Origin: Oopsacas minuta
Lineage: Eukaryota > Animalia > Porifera
Length of the DNA stretch: 64,000 nt
Reading direction: 5' to 3'
Assembly (NCBI GenBank): GCA_024704765.1
Contig: JAKMXF010000321.1
Span: forward strand, 124,001 to 188,000
This document shows positions 61,005-64,000 of this stretch, in pieces. The first letter of the stretch is position 1, and every line of letters begins with the position of its first letter. Under the pieces are notes generated by a model, which saw only the letters and a list, made by a program, of their open reading frames with translations, ran no database searches and was not told the origin of the DNA. The translations under genes were made by a program, and so were the position numbers.

Positions 61005-62123
61005 ATGGATTTTAACTGGAGTTTGAGTGACCATTGGATTCTTGGACCAAAATGTGACAATAGTACAATAACAGACCAATGTCTCGAGAAGGGGGTGCCC
61101 AGCATTGGTTTTGTTTCTGACACCTTTTCTATAATTAGTTCCGTTCTAATTATAGTATCATTTATCGCCTTCAAGGATATGCGTACGCAAGCAAGAACAT
61201 TCCTATTCTACATAAGTGTGGCTGACTTATTCAACTCATTGTGGTTCATGTTTGCCCATATATGGTCATTAGTGAATATACGTTATTCGACCTGTTACGC
61301 GGGTAAGCCACTTTTTGAGGTGTCAATGTGTATAATCCAGGCTGTTATGAATGTGTACTTCACCATGACGTCATTTTATTGGACAATTATCCTTGCTATT
61401 TATATTCTATCGCTTTTGTACAACCGGAAATGGTTTGTAACACGGAAAAGTAGAATTATTTTGGGCGCTATCGGATGGTTCGTCCCAATCCCCCTGACAA
61501 TTATCGGTACGCTTGCCAATCGATTCGGTCCTGGTCGTGGGACCGCGAGTGCTGGTTGGTGTTTCATCTCATATTACACTATCGACCAGAATTTGACAGT
61601 AATACATGCGGTGAGCGAGATTTTAGGCGGGAAAATCTTTGACGTTGCCACCTTGACAATCTTAACAGTAATTTACACAGTGGCAGTTGTGAAATATTTT
61701 AGAAAAAGAATGAAACTGGAACTATGTTTGGTTACAGAACAGGAAGTAAAATTAGCTTTAATTCCAATTGCATATATCTTCATAAGGATATGGGGGAATA
61801 TACGATGGATATTGGAACTATATCAAGCAATACGGAACTATGATCGTATTTGTTATACATTTTTAATATATCTGCAAGCTGTTGGTGACCCCGCACAGGG
61901 GTGGGTGAACGGAATTTTGTTTCTTATATTAACAAAAGAATTAAGAGAAAGGATTTTTGGCGCATTTTTCAGTGTGAAAAATTGTTGTTTTAAGCGGGAG
62001 AATCGATTTGACATAGAAACGAATAAATATGTTAGTTATAACAGCATTCCAAAGGAAGAAATGGTATCTAAGGACTTCAACCAATCTGTTAAGCGGGATT
62101 ATAAAGTGTCACCTTGTTTGTAA
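61005..62123 (+). CDS. GPR157-like GPCR, copy 6
   Basis: Same motifs (LQAVGDPAQGWVNG). Confidence 0.87.
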   Translation: MDFNWSLSDHWILGPKCDNSTITDQCLEKGVPSIGFVSDTFSIISSVLIIVSFIAFKDMRTQARTFLFYISVADLFNSLWFMFAHIWSLVNIRYSTCYAGKPLFEVSMCIIQAVMNVYFTMTSFYWTIILAIYILSLLYNRKWFVTRKSRIILGAIGWFVPIPLTIIGTLANRFGPGRGTASAGWCFISYYTIDQNLTVIHAVSEILGGKIFDVATLTILTVIYTVAVVKYFRKRMKLELCLVTEQEVKLALIPIAYIFIRIWGNIRWILELYQAIRNYDRICYTFLIYLQAVGDPAQGWVNGILFLILTKELRERIFGAFFSVKNCCFKRENRFDIETNKYVSYNSIPKEEMVSKDFNQSVKRDYKVSPCL

Positions 62124-62377
62124 ATAATTTTGTTGTTGAATAAATACATTTTTGTTTGTTTGTCATTTATTAAAACTTAAACGTAAATAAATATATCAAT
62201 TCACACCTGTAATTCACATTTTGAAATATTAACCAAAGGGTGTGAAAATATGATTAATCATGTGATAAATAAGTGTATATACACTTGAAAATAATTAAAA
62301 TTTCTGATGTCAGGTAAACATATGTATATTTTGTAAATATTAATAAACCTCAAAAAATCAAAACAAATGAAATTTTT

Positions 62378-63490
62378 TTAATTATTGACATTACTAACAA
62401 GACTTTCAAGATGTTTTGAAGTGCTATTTTTAATTGTACTTGAGGTGTATGTGAATCCTGGGGTTCTGGTTGTCCTCTTCCGTGCGACACATCGACACTT
62501 TGTTACCACCCAACCACGTACAGCTCTTGTCATAAATAAGAACAAAATTGCATTCGCCCATCCTTGCCCTGGGTCTCCAATCGCTTGTAAATATATCAAA
62601 AAAGTGAAATATTCGCAATATTCCGGCAAAGATTTGATAGGTGAGGGAGATTGGAATTGTATCACCCATCGAAAATACCCCCAAAATCTCAGAAATAAAT
62701 AAGCAATTGGAATTAAAATTAGTTTCAGATCCTGTTCTGTTGATTTCCACATTTTGGATTTAATTCTGTGATAAATGAGATAAAACAGAGCTATCAGATT
62801 TAGAATTGAAATTGAAACTAAAGCGATCATATCCCATATTTTACCAGTCATCAGTTCACTGAAATTGTGGATCAAGCCCTCATTTTCATGGTTTTTATGA
62901 TATCCGACAAAGCACCATCCTGCACTAACAGTGTCAAATCCAGGCCCAAGCCGGTTCAGTATAAGCGCCAGAACTGAAACTATAAAAGGGAATATAGTTC
63001 CAATAGCAACTAAAGTACGAAAAACGCATTTCTTCCCTAAAGTTTGCTTTTGAATTGTAATAAGCAGAACAACGTGGATTGCAAGGATTGTGGTCCAGAA
63101 GTATGACACTAACGAGAAGAATACATTGAACGCTGATTGTGCGACACAATAATATTTTTGAATGTCAGATTTATTTTCGTAACATATTGAATAACCAGGA
63201 TCAGCCAATGACCATATATGGGCTGTCATAAAGAAAAATGCATTGAAGAAATCTGCCACTGAAATGAAGAGTAGGAAATAGCGCGCAATCGTCCTTAAAT
63301 CCTTCATAATGTAGAAACTTAAGACAATCAAAAGGGCGCCAAACATGGAGGCCAAATCCGAAACAAGTCCAATTGCAAAAATAGGCCTTTGTAGACATGA
63401 CCCATTCTGGAAATTGTCGATTGAAGAACTATTTTGGCAAATTATGTTGTCGAAAATCCAAAAATGTTCTATCCAGTTGTCTTTCAGCAT
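62378..63490 (-). CDS. GPR157-like GPCR, copy 7
   Basis: Same motifs (LQAIGDPGQGWANA). Confidence 0.87.
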   Translation of the reverse strand: MLKDNWIEHFWIFDNIICQNSSSIDNFQNGSCLQRPIFAIGLVSDLASMFGALLIVLSFYIMKDLRTIARYFLLFISVADFFNAFFFMTAHIWSLADPGYSICYENKSDIQKYYCVAQSAFNVFFSLVSYFWTTILAIHVVLLITIQKQTLGKKCVFRTLVAIGTIFPFIVSVLALILNRLGPGFDTVSAGWCFVGYHKNHENEGLIHNFSELMTGKIWDMIALVSISILNLIALFYLIYHRIKSKMWKSTEQDLKLILIPIAYLFLRFWGYFRWVIQFQSPSPIKSLPEYCEYFTFLIYLQAIGDPGQGWANAILFLFMTRAVRGWVVTKCRCVARKRTTRTPGFTYTSSTIKNSTSKHLESLVSNVNN

Positions 63491-64000
63491 AATTCCCTAG
63501 TTACCGATAATATACTTAGTTATGCTATATATCATATTCACCTATTTTATTGTAATTGATCATCTGTAATTCTGTATGCAGGCTGATGTAGTAGGCTTTG
63601 TATGAAGTAAACTGGAACTAATTAATCCATAGTTGCTATAATCTAATTTAGTGTCACTTCTTTCGATAGTGGCATATCAAAAACTCCTTTGTGGATAGTT
63701 ACATTATCATAACACCTCTGATGTTGGGCAGTTTCGGCCTCATGCCCCCAAGCACGCCTCTCTTGGACTTGAGGGTCTTTGGGGATGTTTTAGTTTCATA
63801 AATAGAACTTTTTACTGTGCGGGCTAATACTATTACATTACTATAGTGGCTGAGTTATAAAATGGTGGACTTAGTATGTATATATGTTTTCGCTCTGCTG
63901 TTCACACCTTTAGAGATTAAGACACCAAATGGCATATATACTCGTAGTGACATCTAGATGTGCATCTGACATTTGGAAAATTTCTAATGTGTATATTTTC

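Overview
AT-rich, very gene-dense eukaryotic (animal) DNA with short GT-AG introns; it is not prokaryotic. The gene content (nanos, Deltex, BRCA1-type RING, SH2 adaptor, NWD-type NACHT-WD40, GPR157-like array) and compactness suggest an early-branching animal such as a glass sponge, but I cannot confirm the organism. About 30 protein-coding genes, one tRNA-Leu(CAG), several Tc1/pogo-type MITE families and microsatellites were recognised. Manual splicing shows repeated 'Russian-doll' nesting: (i) one 2.9 kb TACO1 intron holds three intronless genes (METTL18, LYRM1 and a DED-like ORF); (ii) a NACHT-WD40 gene intron holds a same-strand Ig receptor gene; (iii) ACAD10/11 lies antisense inside a BRCA1-like gene intron. 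Other notable items: two inverted atypical Rho paralogs that share one 100% identical exon (probable gene conversion); two divergent tandem-DED-like ORFs with a near-identical CRE-containing promoter; seven GPR157-like receptors in 12 kb; a CaaX-ended NACHT-WD40 protein; and a strongly over-represented GGAACT/AGTTCC motif that is absent from a 4.3 kb block holding an intronless NHL-type ORF with duplicated flanks. All gene models and family calls come from reading by eye, without database searches.
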